Below are positions 16,540 to 26,738 of a DNA stretch of 64,000 nucleotides, piece by piece. Source of the stretch: Bacteroidales bacterium. Lineage in GTDB: Bacteria; Bacteroidota; Bacteroidia; Bacteroidales; WCHB1-69. How positions within the stretch are numbered: position 1 is the first letter of the stretch; each line of letters opens with the position of its first letter. The stretch covers positions 906-64,905 of the forward strand of contig JAGCGA010000027.1 in the NCBI GenBank assembly GCA_017649855.1, written 5' to 3'. The translations under genes and the position numbers were made by a program. The notes under the pieces were generated by a model that did no database searches, was not told the DNA's origin, and saw only the letters and a program-made list of their open reading frames with translations.

Positions 16540-16738
16540 CAAAAAAAGTCGGCAATTATGCGAAAAATGCCCTTTTCAAATTTTATTTTTCTCTCTCATG
16601 AGGCAGGATTATTTTTTCAACGACCCTTTTTGAGGCTTTAGCTACCTATGTAATGGTTTGATAGTCAGTTATTTTAAGAAATTTAGTGAAAAAATGTAAA
16701 TTTTTTTTGTTTTCAGGTGCAATGTTTTGTAAAAATTA

Positions 16739-16746
16739 TATTTTTG
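16739..16746 (+). promoter_or_regulatory. -7 promoter box TATTTTTG for the four-helix-bundle gene
   Basis: TAnnTTTG match 30 nt upstream of the ATG at 16777. Confidence 0.4.
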
Positions 16747-16776
16747 TGACCGTAAAACGCAAAACTTACTATTATT

Positions 16777-17229
16777 ATGAATGATCTAGAAAATAATGCC
16801 CCTTTCTTCCGTTTTGAAGATTTGAGAATCTATGCCAAGGCGATGGACTATATCTCCTGGCTGTATCAAGTGTTGGATGTGGAACTTGCGAACGGAAATC
16901 AAAAGTTTCTGGTTAAATCTTTCCTGAAATCCGCCCATGCCATTGCATTGAACACGGCTGAAGGCTCCTCACGCAACAAGGCTCAGTTCCTCTATTATCT
17001 CAAGATGGCTAAGAGTGCTGTCCGTGAGTGTGTCGTCTATACTGAAATAGCTAAAAAGGTTGCCTTGCTGCCGGAGGATAATTATGAATTCTCCCGGGAT
17101 AAACTGGTGGAGTTGACCAAGATGATCGGCTCGCTGATCGCTTCTCTCCAACGCATCACCAATGTAGCCGACAACGACTCAGCTGACCTGGGACCTGCTC
17201 CGGCCGCTTTCCCGGAGGATCTCGACTAA
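16777..17229 (+). CDS. four-helix-bundle protein (23S rRNA-intervening-sequence / Avd-like family)
   Basis: 150 aa. FRFEDLRIYAKAMDY...KSAHAIALNTAEGSSR...YLKMAKSAVRECVVYTEIA fits the family pattern (F.DL.vy..A......l, NIAEG, A.GS..E). Confidence 0.65.
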   Translation: MNDLENNAPFFRFEDLRIYAKAMDYISWLYQVLDVELANGNQKFLVKSFLKSAHAIALNTAEGSSRNKAQFLYYLKMAKSAVRECVVYTEIAKKVALLPEDNYEFSRDKLVELTKMIGSLIASLQRITNVADNDSADLGPAPAAFPEDLD

Positions 17230-17246
17230 TCAGTCTGTTATGATAC

Positions 17247-17287
17247 CAAAAAGGGTGGCCGATATCCATCGGTCACCCTTTCTTTTT
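17247..17287. terminator. bidirectional rho-independent terminator between convergent genes
   Basis: 13-bp stem AAGGGTGGCCGAT / ATCGGTCACCCTT (17251-17263 with 17268-17280, one G-U pair), A-run on the left and T-run on the right. Confidence 0.75.
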
Positions 17288-17302
17288 GGGTTGGAGGAGG
17301 GC

Positions 17303-17848
17303 TTAGAATGTGTAGCCGACTTTCACCTCAATACCACCGTTGAAGGAGTCGTCAGACGGGAAAGTTCTGAAGAAGAAGCCGCCCGTGAAAGAGAAGGCCT
17401 TGACCTTGAAACCGCCAGCGATGGTGGAGTATAAGCCCACGCCATGTCTGTTTTCATAATTATAATCATACCAACCGTGTTCGTTCAGAATGGCAATCTC
17501 GTCTTCCCAGAAATGGAAAGCGGCACCGAGGGCGATGTTGATGCAAGGCATCAGTCTGCGGCCACGGTCAAAATAGTGACGGTAGTTGATGAAAAGCGGT
17601 AACTCCTGGAAGGTGGCAGAATTCAGGCCATAGCCGACGCCGATACCGATAGCATCTATTTGGTTGATGGCGATGCCATTCACAAAGACTCCGGTGAAAC
17701 CAGCATTCTTGCCAAAGAATCCACCATACTCATTGATGAAGTTGTATTGGATCTTCTTCACAGGTTGCTCCTGACCCGACAGGGTGGTGGCACTAAGACA
17801 GAAAACGGCGCATAAAGCCACAAATAATTTCAAACAATTTCTTTTCAT
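17303..17848 (-). CDS. small outer-membrane beta-barrel protein, function unknown
   Basis: 181 aa with a signal peptide (ALCAVFCLSATTLSGQ), alternating hydrophobic strands and a C-terminal ...VKVGYTF. Confidence 0.55.
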   Translation of the reverse strand: MKRNCLKLFVALCAVFCLSATTLSGQEQPVKKIQYNFINEYGGFFGKNAGFTGVFVNGIAINQIDAIGIGVGYGLNSATFQELPLFINYRHYFDRGRRLMPCINIALGAAFHFWEDEIAILNEHGWYDYNYENRHGVGLYSTIAGGFKVKAFSFTGGFFFRTFPSDDSFNGGIEVKVGYTF

Positions 17849-17960
17849 ATCTTAAAGATTTTAAGTTAGTTATCTTGAATGATAGAGCCTGCTCGGATTG
17901 CCCTGGACAGGGGCGCAAAAATATTAAAAATCCTTAATTGCCAAAACAATTTTTCCCCTC

Positions 17961-18785
17961 TTAAAAGAACATGTTGAACTGGCTCCACTCCTGGGTGATG
18001 CCTCCAATGGTGATATTTACCTTCAGGTTCTCCATAATGGTGGCTTTGACGGTGTTGCTGTCTCCGGTTGATGGGTCTTTGGCTGTCAACGTCACCGTTC
18101 CTCGTTCCCAAACGACAGGGACTGAGGAACCCCATGACCATGAAGAATACAGATGGTTGTTAGAATAGGAAACTGCCATGTCCGAGAGGATTTCGAAGTC
18201 CAGAATGGTGGAAGCATAATCTTGATGCTTGAAAAAGCCACTTCCGGAAAGCGTGAAGTCTGCATCCTTCAAACCTGAAGGGAGCGTCTCGTTGAGGAAA
18301 TGGAAGGTCATGTCGAAGTTGTTGTTGTTCAAGAGCCGCCATTGGCTGTCGCCGACATTTTCCAAGAAGAAAACAACTCCTCGTACCGTTTCGGGAATCT
18401 GTGATCCAATGTTGTAGATGCGCATGATGGCGCCCTCTTCGTTCAAGTTGTTGCCGGAGACCATTTCAAAATATATTTTGGCATTGGATTGCTCCTGGGA
18501 GAACATCCAGTGGCGATCATCAATTTCCGTAAAGGTCAAATTCTGGAAGTACTGGTTCAGCACCTCTTCCCTGCCAGGCTCGGGAGCCTCCAGGTATTGG
18601 TTGAAGTGCAGGGCTGGGTCTATAACATTGCCGAAGAGACAGTACATGTCGATTCCCCAGCCGTCAAATATCTGTTTTCCCAACCGGGTCTTCCCCATCT
18701 CGCCGTCCCCAATCTCACACGAGGAGGCAATCATTACAAGGATGATGCAAAAGCTGCTTTTGATTAGTCTTTTCATTGTTGACAT
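17961..18785 (-). CDS. hypothetical lipoprotein
   Basis: 274 aa with the lipobox VMIASSC. No recognisable domain. Confidence 0.5.
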   Translation of the reverse strand: MSTMKRLIKSSFCIILVMIASSCEIGDGEMGKTRLGKQIFDGWGIDMYCLFGNVIDPALHFNQYLEAPEPGREEVLNQYFQNLTFTEIDDRHWMFSQEQSNAKIYFEMVSGNNLNEEGAIMRIYNIGSQIPETVRGVVFFLENVGDSQWRLLNNNNFDMTFHFLNETLPSGLKDADFTLSGSGFFKHQDYASTILDFEILSDMAVSYSNNHLYSSWSWGSSVPVVWERGTVTLTAKDPSTGDSNTVKATIMENLKVNITIGGITQEWSQFNMFF

Positions 18786-18799
18786 TTTTTGCTGTTATA

Positions 18800-19534
18800 C
18801 TAAAATTCATAGCCGAAGCCTGCCGAAACAAAGCCTTTGTACCCGATGCCCAGCTCCAGGTCGCCAAACCAGTTCCGACCACCGGCCTTCACGCCGAAGA
18901 GGGTCAGATGGAAGGCATAGCTTAGGCTTGTCCTGTTGTAAGTGTAGCCGTTTTCTAAGCCCAAAGAGATTTTTGGATCTTTGAGATGGTATACCCTCCA
19001 CCCGGCGCCGATGCCGGAATAGAGGGTTACATGTTTTTTGTTCAAATAGGAGAAGCGCAGGTCTGGCATCAAGGAGAACAGAATCTCGTTGCCATGCCCG
19101 GTGATCTTGTCGGTGACTCTGTCGCGCCAGGTGTTGTGGATGCCGGAGATCGTGGCGAGTCCACCCACCCAGAACCACTTGGCCACACGATAGTGGTAGC
19201 TGAAGGAGAAGAAGGGCACATAACGGGTGATGGCATAGTCGCCTAGCGGTTGGGGCCAGGTTGAGGCGCTGGAAGCGTTGAAAGACCAACCCCAGTTATT
19301 GAAAATGCCGTTCGAATGGTTATGATAGCCCAGCACGCTGTTGTTGACCAACAAGACGGGATCCCCGATGTTGAACTGGAATTCGTGCCGGGGAAGTATG
19401 GTCTTCCAGGCGGGATCGTGCCGGCTCTCAACAGGGCCAGCCTCCAGTGTGTCGGACTCCTCCTGGGCCGACAATCCTAAGGCCATCGACAGCATCACTG
19501 CCAATGCCAAGAGATGAAAAATATTCTTTTTCAT
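18800..19534 (-). CDS. outer-membrane beta-barrel protein, function unknown
   Basis: 244 aa with a signal peptide (LSMALGLSAQ), aromatic-girdle beta-strand pattern and a C-terminal ...SAGFGYEF. Confidence 0.55.
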   Translation of the reverse strand: MKKNIFHLLALAVMLSMALGLSAQEESDTLEAGPVESRHDPAWKTILPRHEFQFNIGDPVLLVNNSVLGYHNHSNGIFNNWGWSFNASSASTWPQPLGDYAITRYVPFFSFSYHYRVAKWFWVGGLATISGIHNTWRDRVTDKITGHGNEILFSLMPDLRFSYLNKKHVTLYSGIGAGWRVYHLKDPKISLGLENGYTYNRTSLSYAFHLTLFGVKAGGRNWFGDLELGIGYKGFVSAGFGYEF

Positions 19535-19559
19535 TGCAAATTAGTTTTGAATGATGCTG

Positions 19560-19567
19560 CAAAGATA
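19560..19567 (-). promoter_or_regulatory. -7 promoter box (TATCTTTG on - strand) for the 18800..19534 gene cluster
   Basis: TAnnTTTG match 25 nt upstream of the ATG at 19534. Confidence 0.4.
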
Positions 19568-19578
19568 CATATTTTTCT

Positions 19579-19586
19579 TACATTTG
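19579..19586 (+). promoter_or_regulatory. -7 promoter box TACATTTG for sbcD
   Basis: TAnnTTTG match 26 nt upstream of the ATG at 19613. Confidence 0.4.
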
Positions 19587-19612
19587 CCATTTCGATATAA
19601 TAATAATCAGTT

Positions 19613-20827
19613 ATGAAGATTCTGCATACAAGTGACTGGCACTTAGGGCATCAGCTTTACGAATACGACCGGATTGACGAGCATCGGTCTTTCTTGCAGC
19701 AACTGACCCGCATAATGGCTGAGGAGAAGCCTGACGCGATGGTGGTCTGCGGGGATGTCTTCGACCGGGTGGCACCGTCAGCGGAAGCGCGACAGCTCTA
19801 TGTGAAGGCTTTGTTGGCTCTTCGCGACCAATGTCCGGATGTGCAGATCATCGTCATGGCTGGCAACCACGATGGCAAGGCGGCGTTGGAAGTGGAGGGT
19901 ATGCTGTGGGACCGTCTGCAGGTGAAGGTTGTCGGGCAGGTGGAACGGCTGGAGGATGGTTCTGTGAACTTCGATCGCCACATTGTGGAGGTCCACGACA
20001 ACACCGGCCATGCGACAGGCTTCATCATCGCCGTCCCCCACATCTATGAGCACGGCTACCCGCAGCTGGGGGAGGCGCAGACCAAGGAGGAGCGGCAGCG
20101 TGCTTTCTTCCAGCGCCTGTTGGACGAGACCGCCCGCCACAACCCTGACGGCCTGCCCGTAGTGCTCACGGCTCATCTGTCGCTCACGGGCAGCAACTTC
20201 GCGGGACACACCTTCGCCCAGAGCGTCGGCAACATCGAGACCGTGGACCAGGCGACGTTAGGCCGCGGCTACGATTACCTGGCCCTCGGGCATATCCATA
20301 ATGCCAAGACCTTCACGGGCGAGGGGCCGGTGGCGCGCTATTGCGGCACCCCGCTGGCCATCTCCTTCGACGAGAACGGCCATCATGGCGTCACCATCGT
20401 GACCCTCAACCCTGGCGAGCAACCCGTCATCCGGGAGGTGGACATCCGCAACCCCCGTCCCCTGCTCACCATCCCCGATAAGCCCCTGCCCTTTGAGGAG
20501 GCCCTCCGCGAACTTGCCGAATTCCCCGCCGGCAAGCCCGCCTATATCCGCCTCAATGTCCTGTACGATGCTCCACTGCCCTATAACTATGTGGAACAGA
20601 TCCTCCAGACGTTACAAGGGAAACAGGCCCGCTACTGCTGTGTCAAGACCTCCATTGTCGAGAAAAATGAGGGCACGGAGGAGGAGTCGCTGATGGTCAA
20701 TGCCGACAATATGCCCGACCCGCTGACGTTGGCCGACTTCTTCTATCTTAAAAAATTCAAAGTCACACTTGCCGACCAACAGCGTGAAATGCTGGAAGAG
20801 GTTGTAAATCAATGTCGTGAGGCGTAA
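19613..20827 (+). CDS. sbcD: exonuclease SbcD (Mre11-type nuclease)
   Basis: MKILHTSDWHLG..., GDVFD, GNHD, and GHIH metallophosphoesterase motifs. Confidence 0.9.
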   Translation: MKILHTSDWHLGHQLYEYDRIDEHRSFLQQLTRIMAEEKPDAMVVCGDVFDRVAPSAEARQLYVKALLALRDQCPDVQIIVMAGNHDGKAALEVEGMLWDRLQVKVVGQVERLEDGSVNFDRHIVEVHDNTGHATGFIIAVPHIYEHGYPQLGEAQTKEERQRAFFQRLLDETARHNPDGLPVVLTAHLSLTGSNFAGHTFAQSVGNIETVDQATLGRGYDYLALGHIHNAKTFTGEGPVARYCGTPLAISFDENGHHGVTIVTLNPGEQPVIREVDIRNPRPLLTIPDKPLPFEEALRELAEFPAGKPAYIRLNVLYDAPLPYNYVEQILQTLQGKQARYCCVKTSIVEKNEGTEEESLMVNADNMPDPLTLADFFYLKKFKVTLADQQREMLEEVVNQCREA

Positions 20828-20853
20828 AATGCCCATCCCCTAAAACCGAAGTG

Positions 20854-23800
20854 ATGAAGTTAAGAAATCTTAAAATCCACAATATCGCCTCCCTGGAAAA
20901 TGCCGAGTTGGACTTTTGCAACGGACCCTTGTCCACGGCGCAACTGTTCCTCATCTGTGGCGACACGGGAAGTGGCAAGAGCTCTATCCTGGATGCGGTC
21001 TGCCTGGCTTTGTACAACAAGACGCCTCGTCTGCAGCAGGCGGTTGGCGGCAAGATGGATTACGGAATCGACAATGTTACGGCCCAGGATCCCCGTAACC
21101 TGATGCGCCGCGGGAGTGTCGAAGCATCTGTAGAGTTGGTCTTTGAGGGAAATGACGGGAAAACCTATCAGGCTGGCTGGTATGCCCGCCGTACCCGTAA
21201 CCATACCCTCGACAAGGTGAAGCGTTCCCTGATGGTGGACGACCTGCCCGTGGATAGCAAACAGATGGACGACCTGATCCAAAAGGCAGTCGGCCTCGAC
21301 TTTGACGAGTTCTGCCGCACCACCATGCTGGCCCAAGGACAGTTCACCCAGTTCCTGAAAAGCAAGGAGAACCAGAAGGCGGAGACGCTAGAGAAGATGA
21401 CCCGCACCGAACGGTACAGCGAGATCGGCATGGCCATATACCAACGCTTCGTGGAGGTGAAGTCCAGCTATGAAAAGGAAAAGGTCGTGGCTGAGCATAT
21501 CAAACTCCTCACTGACGAGGAACGTGCTGCCAAACAAGAGGAACTGAAATACACTCAGGAGGCCTGGGAGACCCTGAAGAAGCAACATCTTGTCACTGAA
21601 GAAAAAACGAAGTGGCTCGAAAAGGACCTCGCGAATCTCAAAGCCAAAGAGCAAGCTGACCTTGAACTGGCCCGATGCAAGAGCCAAATGGAGAATCCTG
21701 ACTTCGTGGCCCAGGAACAGCGTGTCAAAGACTATGACCTGTCGGCAGATGCCCGCGCGCAGCTGTCTTCTTTGCAGGAAAAAGAAAAGACGCTGCAACT
21801 CATCATCTCCGAAAAAGAGCCCAATGCCCGCCATCAGTATTCCATCTTGATGAAGTCCAAAGAACAGTTCGACCAATCCGTGAAAGCCGATCAAGCCGAA
21901 CTCGACAAACTTCGGCTACAGCTGGAGTCCGAGAAACCTCATGCCCTGATGTATGAACAGAACATGGCCATACAGAGCAGTCTGGATGAGATAACCCGTC
22001 ACCACGATCAAGACAAGAAGGATAACGAGACCATCCGTCAGCGGAACGAAGAGATTCCACAAAAAGAAAAGAAACTCGATGCTTGCAAGTACGAAGAACG
22101 CAAGATAGCCGGAGACCTTCAGCAGAAAAAAGAGGCCATCAAGAAAGAGGAGGAGATATTGAAGAGTTTGAAGCCTGAAGCCTTGCAAGAGGAGCGAGCT
22201 GCCCTTGATGTGCGCCTCCAGGCTCTCTCGTCGTTAAAAATCAGTATCGGCAAGCTGGAGTCTGCCTTGACGAACAGGAATACTGTCCAAGCCAATGTTG
22301 ACAAATGTTCGAAAGCAATGGCTGCCGAAACCCAGAAATTGGAGGCTGACAGGCCAAAGGAGAAGACCTTGCAGGCGAACTTTGATAAAGCCAAGAGCCT
22401 GCTGGAAGCCATGCAGCTGTCTATCGGAGACCATGCCGCCGCCCTGCGTGCACAGTTGTCGGTGGGTGACCAGTGCCCGGTATGTGGTCAAGAAATCAAG
22501 AGCCTTTTGACGGAGGAGAAGATTCAGAAGATGCTCGAGCCATTGCTGAAGGATAAGGAGACATGCGAGAAGGAGTTGTTGGCGTTACAGGCGGAAATCA
22601 AGGCTTCAGAGCAGAATGTTGCTAAATATAAGGATGAGTTGCCAACCTTGAACCAGACCCTGACAAAGGCTCAAGAAACCTTGGAAACCCAGTGGCAGAC
22701 CACCCAAAAGCTAGGCAAACCCCTGTCTCTGGTGCTTGGGGAGGCCACCCAGGCGGCGATTGACCAGTTGAGCCTGGATGTGAATGGACTGGATAAGAAA
22801 CTCGAAGAGAGTAGGGGACAGCTTGCTGAGCGCCAACAAAACGTGGATAGCCAGAATGCGATTCTCAAAACTTTGAAAACAGAAGAATCAAAGTTGCTGG
22901 AGGCTCAGGGCGTGGCTGCCCAAAATACGCTGAAAGCCGAAACCGACTTGAAAAACTGCACCCACGAAATCACCCAAAAACGTGAGCAGATCCAGCAACG
23001 TGCCGGTGTGGTTGAAGAATTGCTCGGGAAAGTGAAAATATGGATGTCAATAGAGAATTGGCAGGAGCGATGGGAGCAGAATCCTCAAGGCTTTCAAGAG
23101 ACGCTTGGCCGTGACGCTAAGGCATATCAAAAACTGCAGTCTGATATTATAGCGTTGGAAAACAACTTGAAACTTGCCACCTCTACTCAAGAGAACATGG
23201 GGCATTCCCTTCAAGATGTGGAGGCCAACTGGCCGGAGTGGGATGCAGTGTCCGTGCCAGAAACCGAATGTATCACAGAAAATCTGGAAGCCCAATGGTC
23301 TGATTTTTCCCGTAAAGCAGGGATTTTGAAAGAACGGAAGGAGACCATCCTAGCGGACATTAAGGAATTGGGAGCAAAGGTCCAGCAGTTCTGCCAACAA
23401 CATCCTTCGATTGGTGAGGAGCGACTGTCGGAACTGATGCATATGGCCGACATGGAGGTGCAGCGACGCCAATGCCAACAGGTACGGGATGACTATGCTC
23501 AGGCGACTGGAGCCGTGAAATCTTGCCAGCAATCCTATCAAGAGCATCACGATTCTCCCCATCCGGAATTCGATGAGCAGGATACCATGGAGTCACTTAG
23601 GGAGGTTCTGACAATAGAAAGCGAACAGCTGGAAAATCAGCATAACAAGTCTATCTCCTTGATGTCGGAGCTTCATCGCGATACGGAGGATCGGCAACGT
23701 CATCAGGAGGTGCTCGATGAGGTGGCCCGTCTCAAAGAGCTGATGGACCGATGGCATGTGCTCAATGAGTGCTTCGGCGGCTCTGATGGTGCCAAATTCC

Positions 23801-24261
23801 GCAATATCGCCCAGAGCTATCTGCTGGAAAGTCTGCTGAAGACCGCCAATGTCTATCTCCAAGACCTGAATGGCCGCTATCAGTTGGAGTGTATTCCGGG
23901 TACGTTGACCATCAGCCTGCGCGATCAGAATCAGCCTGATGCGGTCAGTCCGGTGGACACACTGAGTGGGGGAGAGAGTTTTCTGGTCTCCCTGTCCCTG
24001 GCTCTCGCGCTGGCTTCTCTCAACCGTCAGGGCATCACTATGGATACCCTTTTCATTGATGAGGGCTTTGGCTCTCTAAGCGACAATGAGTTGGATATGG
24101 TCATGACACTACTGGAACGTCTGCAGGAGCGAAAAGGGAAACGGGTAGGCATCATCAGCCATGTCAAGGAGCTGCGCGACCGGATTCCCGTGCATGTGGA
24201 GGTTAAACGGCTTTCCCCTACCCATAGTGGCATTGTCGTGAAGGACTGTACCCGATATTAA
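20854..24261 (+). CDS. sbcC: exonuclease SbcC (Rad50-type SMC ATPase)
   Basis: ORF 20851 (GTG); ATG at 20854. Walker A GDTGSGKSS, a long coiled coil with a CPVCGQ zinc hook, signature LSGGE and Walker B LFIDEGFG at the C-terminus. Confidence 0.9.
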   Translation: MKLRNLKIHNIASLENAELDFCNGPLSTAQLFLICGDTGSGKSSILDAVCLALYNKTPRLQQAVGGKMDYGIDNVTAQDPRNLMRRGSVEASVELVFEGNDGKTYQAGWYARRTRNHTLDKVKRSLMVDDLPVDSKQMDDLIQKAVGLDFDEFCRTTMLAQGQFTQFLKSKENQKAETLEKMTRTERYSEIGMAIYQRFVEVKSSYEKEKVVAEHIKLLTDEERAAKQEELKYTQEAWETLKKQHLVTEEKTKWLEKDLANLKAKEQADLELARCKSQMENPDFVAQEQRVKDYDLSADARAQLSSLQEKEKTLQLIISEKEPNARHQYSILMKSKEQFDQSVKADQAELDKLRLQLESEKPHALMYEQNMAIQSSLDEITRHHDQDKKDNETIRQRNEEIPQKEKKLDACKYEERKIAGDLQQKKEAIKKEEEILKSLKPEALQEERAALDVRLQALSSLKISIGKLESALTNRNTVQANVDKCSKAMAAETQKLEADRPKEKTLQANFDKAKSLLEAMQLSIGDHAAALRAQLSVGDQCPVCGQEIKSLLTEEKIQKMLEPLLKDKETCEKELLALQAEIKASEQNVAKYKDELPTLNQTLTKAQETLETQWQTTQKLGKPLSLVLGEATQAAIDQLSLDVNGLDKKLEESRGQLAERQQNVDSQNAILKTLKTEESKLLEAQGVAAQNTLKAETDLKNCTHEITQKREQIQQRAGVVEELLGKVKIWMSIENWQERWEQNPQGFQETLGRDAKAYQKLQSDIIALENNLKLATSTQENMGHSLQDVEANWPEWDAVSVPETECITENLEAQWSDFSRKAGILKERKETILADIKELGAKVQQFCQQHPSIGEERLSELMHMADMEVQRRQCQQVRDDYAQATGAVKSCQQSYQEHHDSPHPEFDEQDTMESLREVLTIESEQLENQHNKSISLMSELHRDTEDRQRHQEVLDEVARLKELMDRWHVLNECFGGSDGAKFRNIAQSYLLESLLKTANVYLQDLNGRYQLECIPGTLTISLRDQNQPDAVSPVDTLSGGESFLVSLSLALALASLNRQGITMDTLFIDEGFGSLSDNELDMVMTLLERLQERKGKRVGIISHVKELRDRIPVHVEVKRLSPTHSGIVVKDCTRY

Positions 24262-24285
24262 TCATTTTCATTAAATTACGCTATC

Positions 24286-25767
24286 ATGTTTTTTATAGGT
24301 ATAGATTTAGGTAGTTCCTCTGTTAAAGTGTCCGTTTTGGATGGCCATAGCGGTCAGGTCGTCGGCAGCGGTTCCGCGCCGCGACAGGAGGCCCCCATCA
24401 TGGCCTTGCACAACGGCTGGGCCGAACAGGCTCCTGAGGACTGGTGGAGTTATATGAAGCAAGCCTTGCAAGAGGCTTTGTGTCAGGCACTAGTGGACAA
24501 GCACGACATCCAAGCCGTCGGCATCACCTATCAGATGCATGGGCTGGTGCTGGTGGATAGAGACCAGCAAGTGCTCCGTCCCAGTATCATCTGGTGCGAC
24601 AGTCGGGCGGTTCCCTACGGGGAGCAGGCGTTTGAGACGCTGGGCCATGACTATTGTCTGCACCATCTCCTCAACTCGCCCGGCAACTTCACCGCTGCCA
24701 AGCTGGCGTGGGTGCGGGAGCATGAACCCGCTATTTTTGACAAAACCTACAAGTTCATGCTGCCTGGCGACTACTTGGCCATGCGCATGACGGGTGAGGT
24801 GCGCACCACGGTGCCCGGCCTCTCCGAAGGCATGTTGTGGGACTTTCAAGAGAACGCCTTGTCGGGGGCTTTGATGCGGCACTTTGGCATACCTGGGGAG
24901 ATGGTGGCCGAACTTGTGCCGACCTTTGGCGAACAGGGATTCCTGACAGAAAAAGCAGCTGCCGAGCTGGGTTTGCTAGTGGGTACCCCGGTGTGCTATC
25001 GCGCCGGCGACCAGCCCAACAATGCCTTGTCTCTCAACGTGCTGAATCCAGGTGAGGTGGCCGCCACCGCGGGCACCTCGGGCGTGGTGTATGGCATCAA
25101 CGACCAAGTATGCACGGACCCACACTCCCGGATCAACATCTTCGCCCATGTCAACCATAGTGCTTCTGCCACCCGCCTGGGTGTGATGCACTGCACCAAT
25201 GGGGTGGGCATTCAGAATGCCTGGATGAAAAGAATGGTGGCGCCGGAGCTCTCCTACGAGCAGTTCAACGAGCTGGCGGCACAGGCCCCGATAGGCTCCG
25301 ATGGCGTGACGGTGCTGCCCTTTGGCAATGGCGCCGAGCGAATCCTGGAAAACCGGCAGGTGGAAGCCTCTATCCACGGGCTCAACTTCAATAACCACAA
25401 TGCCAGCACCTTGGCGCGTGCCGCACAGGAGGGCGTGGCCTTCTCGTTCAAGTATGGGATGGACATCATGCACGACACCGGCATGAACACCCGTATCATC
25501 CGCGCGGGCCATGCCAATATGTTCCTGAGCCCTATCTTCCGTACAACCTTGGCTACCATAGCCGATGCCACGATAGAACTCTATGACACCAACGGGTCGG
25601 TAGGCGCCGCCATCGGGGCCGCGTTAGGATGTGGCTATTACCATTCTCCCGCCGAGGCCTTTGCCCCATTGCGCAAAATGGCCATTGTGGAGCCTGATAT
25701 TGACAAAAAAGAATGCTATGCCGATGCTTATAGACGGTGGATGAACTGTTTGAACCCTAATTCATGA
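24286..25767 (+). CDS. xylB: xylulokinase (FGGY carbohydrate kinase)
   Basis: 493 aa. FIGIDLGSSSVKVSV, GWAEQAPEDWW and the FGGY C-terminal domain. xylA and xylE are nearby. Confidence 0.8.
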   Translation: MFFIGIDLGSSSVKVSVLDGHSGQVVGSGSAPRQEAPIMALHNGWAEQAPEDWWSYMKQALQEALCQALVDKHDIQAVGITYQMHGLVLVDRDQQVLRPSIIWCDSRAVPYGEQAFETLGHDYCLHHLLNSPGNFTAAKLAWVREHEPAIFDKTYKFMLPGDYLAMRMTGEVRTTVPGLSEGMLWDFQENALSGALMRHFGIPGEMVAELVPTFGEQGFLTEKAAAELGLLVGTPVCYRAGDQPNNALSLNVLNPGEVAATAGTSGVVYGINDQVCTDPHSRINIFAHVNHSASATRLGVMHCTNGVGIQNAWMKRMVAPELSYEQFNELAAQAPIGSDGVTVLPFGNGAERILENRQVEASIHGLNFNNHNASTLARAAQEGVAFSFKYGMDIMHDTGMNTRIIRAGHANMFLSPIFRTTLATIADATIELYDTNGSVGAAIGAALGCGYYHSPAEAFAPLRKMAIVEPDIDKKECYADAYRRWMNCLNPNS

Positions 25768-26706
25768 TTACTCCCACACCACCTTGCCACCTCCGCTGAT
25801 ATTTACTTTTCCCACGTGGGATTGATTGTTGACGTAGGCAGTGCCCGTTACGGTTGCCTTCACGCCGCCCACACCGTAGTTGGTGATATGCGAGGTCTCT
25901 GCTTTCAAGGACAGCGCGTTAATGAGGCCGCTACCACTGTTGACCAGCCTGTGTGACGTAGCCTTGCCGTTCAGTACCACATCGCCAGTGCCCAGATTCT
26001 TCACCTTCACACTCTTTCCCAACATGTTTTGAATTCTGATATCGCCCGTGCCCTTGTTTTGCAGCGTGATATCTTCTGTGGGAATACCCATCAGGTTGAC
26101 CTTGACGTCACTTGTACCCAAATTGCTGATTGTCAGGGATTCGTTAATGGAACTGGCGTTGATGGTAATATCTCCCACGCCGGAATTCTCGATAAGCAGC
26201 GACTTTGCTTTGAGCGGACCGTCTGTCGGAATGATAACATCACCCGTGCCATTGCTGTGGATCTCCATCGAGTTTTCAACCTTGACGCAGTTGACGATGC
26301 AGTCGCCGGTACCCGACTTGCTGATGGTGAGCTGCGGTTCGGTGCGCGACTCTATCCGCACGTCGCACGTTCCACGCATGGCCAATTCCTTCAGATGGGG
26401 TGTGGTAATGTCCACCCGTAGGATTGCCTTCTCATACGAGATATTGTCATCCATACAGATGGATAGTTTTCCCTCCGTCACTTGTATTTTGACATGCTCT
26501 ATAATATTGTCATCCGCCGTGATTTCGGTTTTGTGCTGGTTTCCATACCGGACAACCACATTCCCGATGAAGTTGACATCCACAGCTGTAAAAGGTTTGT
26601 GAATAAACTCCTTGGTGACGGCATTGCCGCTGGCCACAATGCGCTTTTGAGCACTTAGGGAGCCAACAGATAGAAGAATCATGATGATAAAGCCTATTTT
26701 TTTCAT
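25768..26706 (-). CDS. GIN-domain (DUF2807) putative adhesin-head/stress-response protein
   Basis: ORF 25768..26730, start at the ATG at 26706 (MKKIGFIIMILLSVGSLSAQ). Repeated ...GTGD(V/I)... beta-helix-like units are typical of DUF2807. Confidence 0.6.
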   Translation of the reverse strand: MKKIGFIIMILLSVGSLSAQKRIVASGNAVTKEFIHKPFTAVDVNFIGNVVVRYGNQHKTEITADDNIIEHVKIQVTEGKLSICMDDNISYEKAILRVDITTPHLKELAMRGTCDVRIESRTEPQLTISKSGTGDCIVNCVKVENSMEIHSNGTGDVIIPTDGPLKAKSLLIENSGVGDITINASSINESLTISNLGTSDVKVNLMGIPTEDITLQNKGTGDIRIQNMLGKSVKVKNLGTGDVVLNGKATSHRLVNSGSGLINALSLKAETSHITNYGVGGVKATVTGTAYVNNQSHVGKVNISGGGKVVWE

Positions 26707-26738
26707 TGTTTTGGTTTTTATGATGATCAATAATGTAT

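Noticed and set aside
16777-17229. Avd-like four-helix-bundle gene as a marker of a diversity-generating retroelement, with the DUF1566-like protein at 37981..38433 as a possible variable target
   Set aside because: There is no reverse transcriptase in the window. I could also find no template/variable repeat pair matching the C-terminal coding region of 37981..38433 or of the neighbouring genes. I treat it as an orphan family member.
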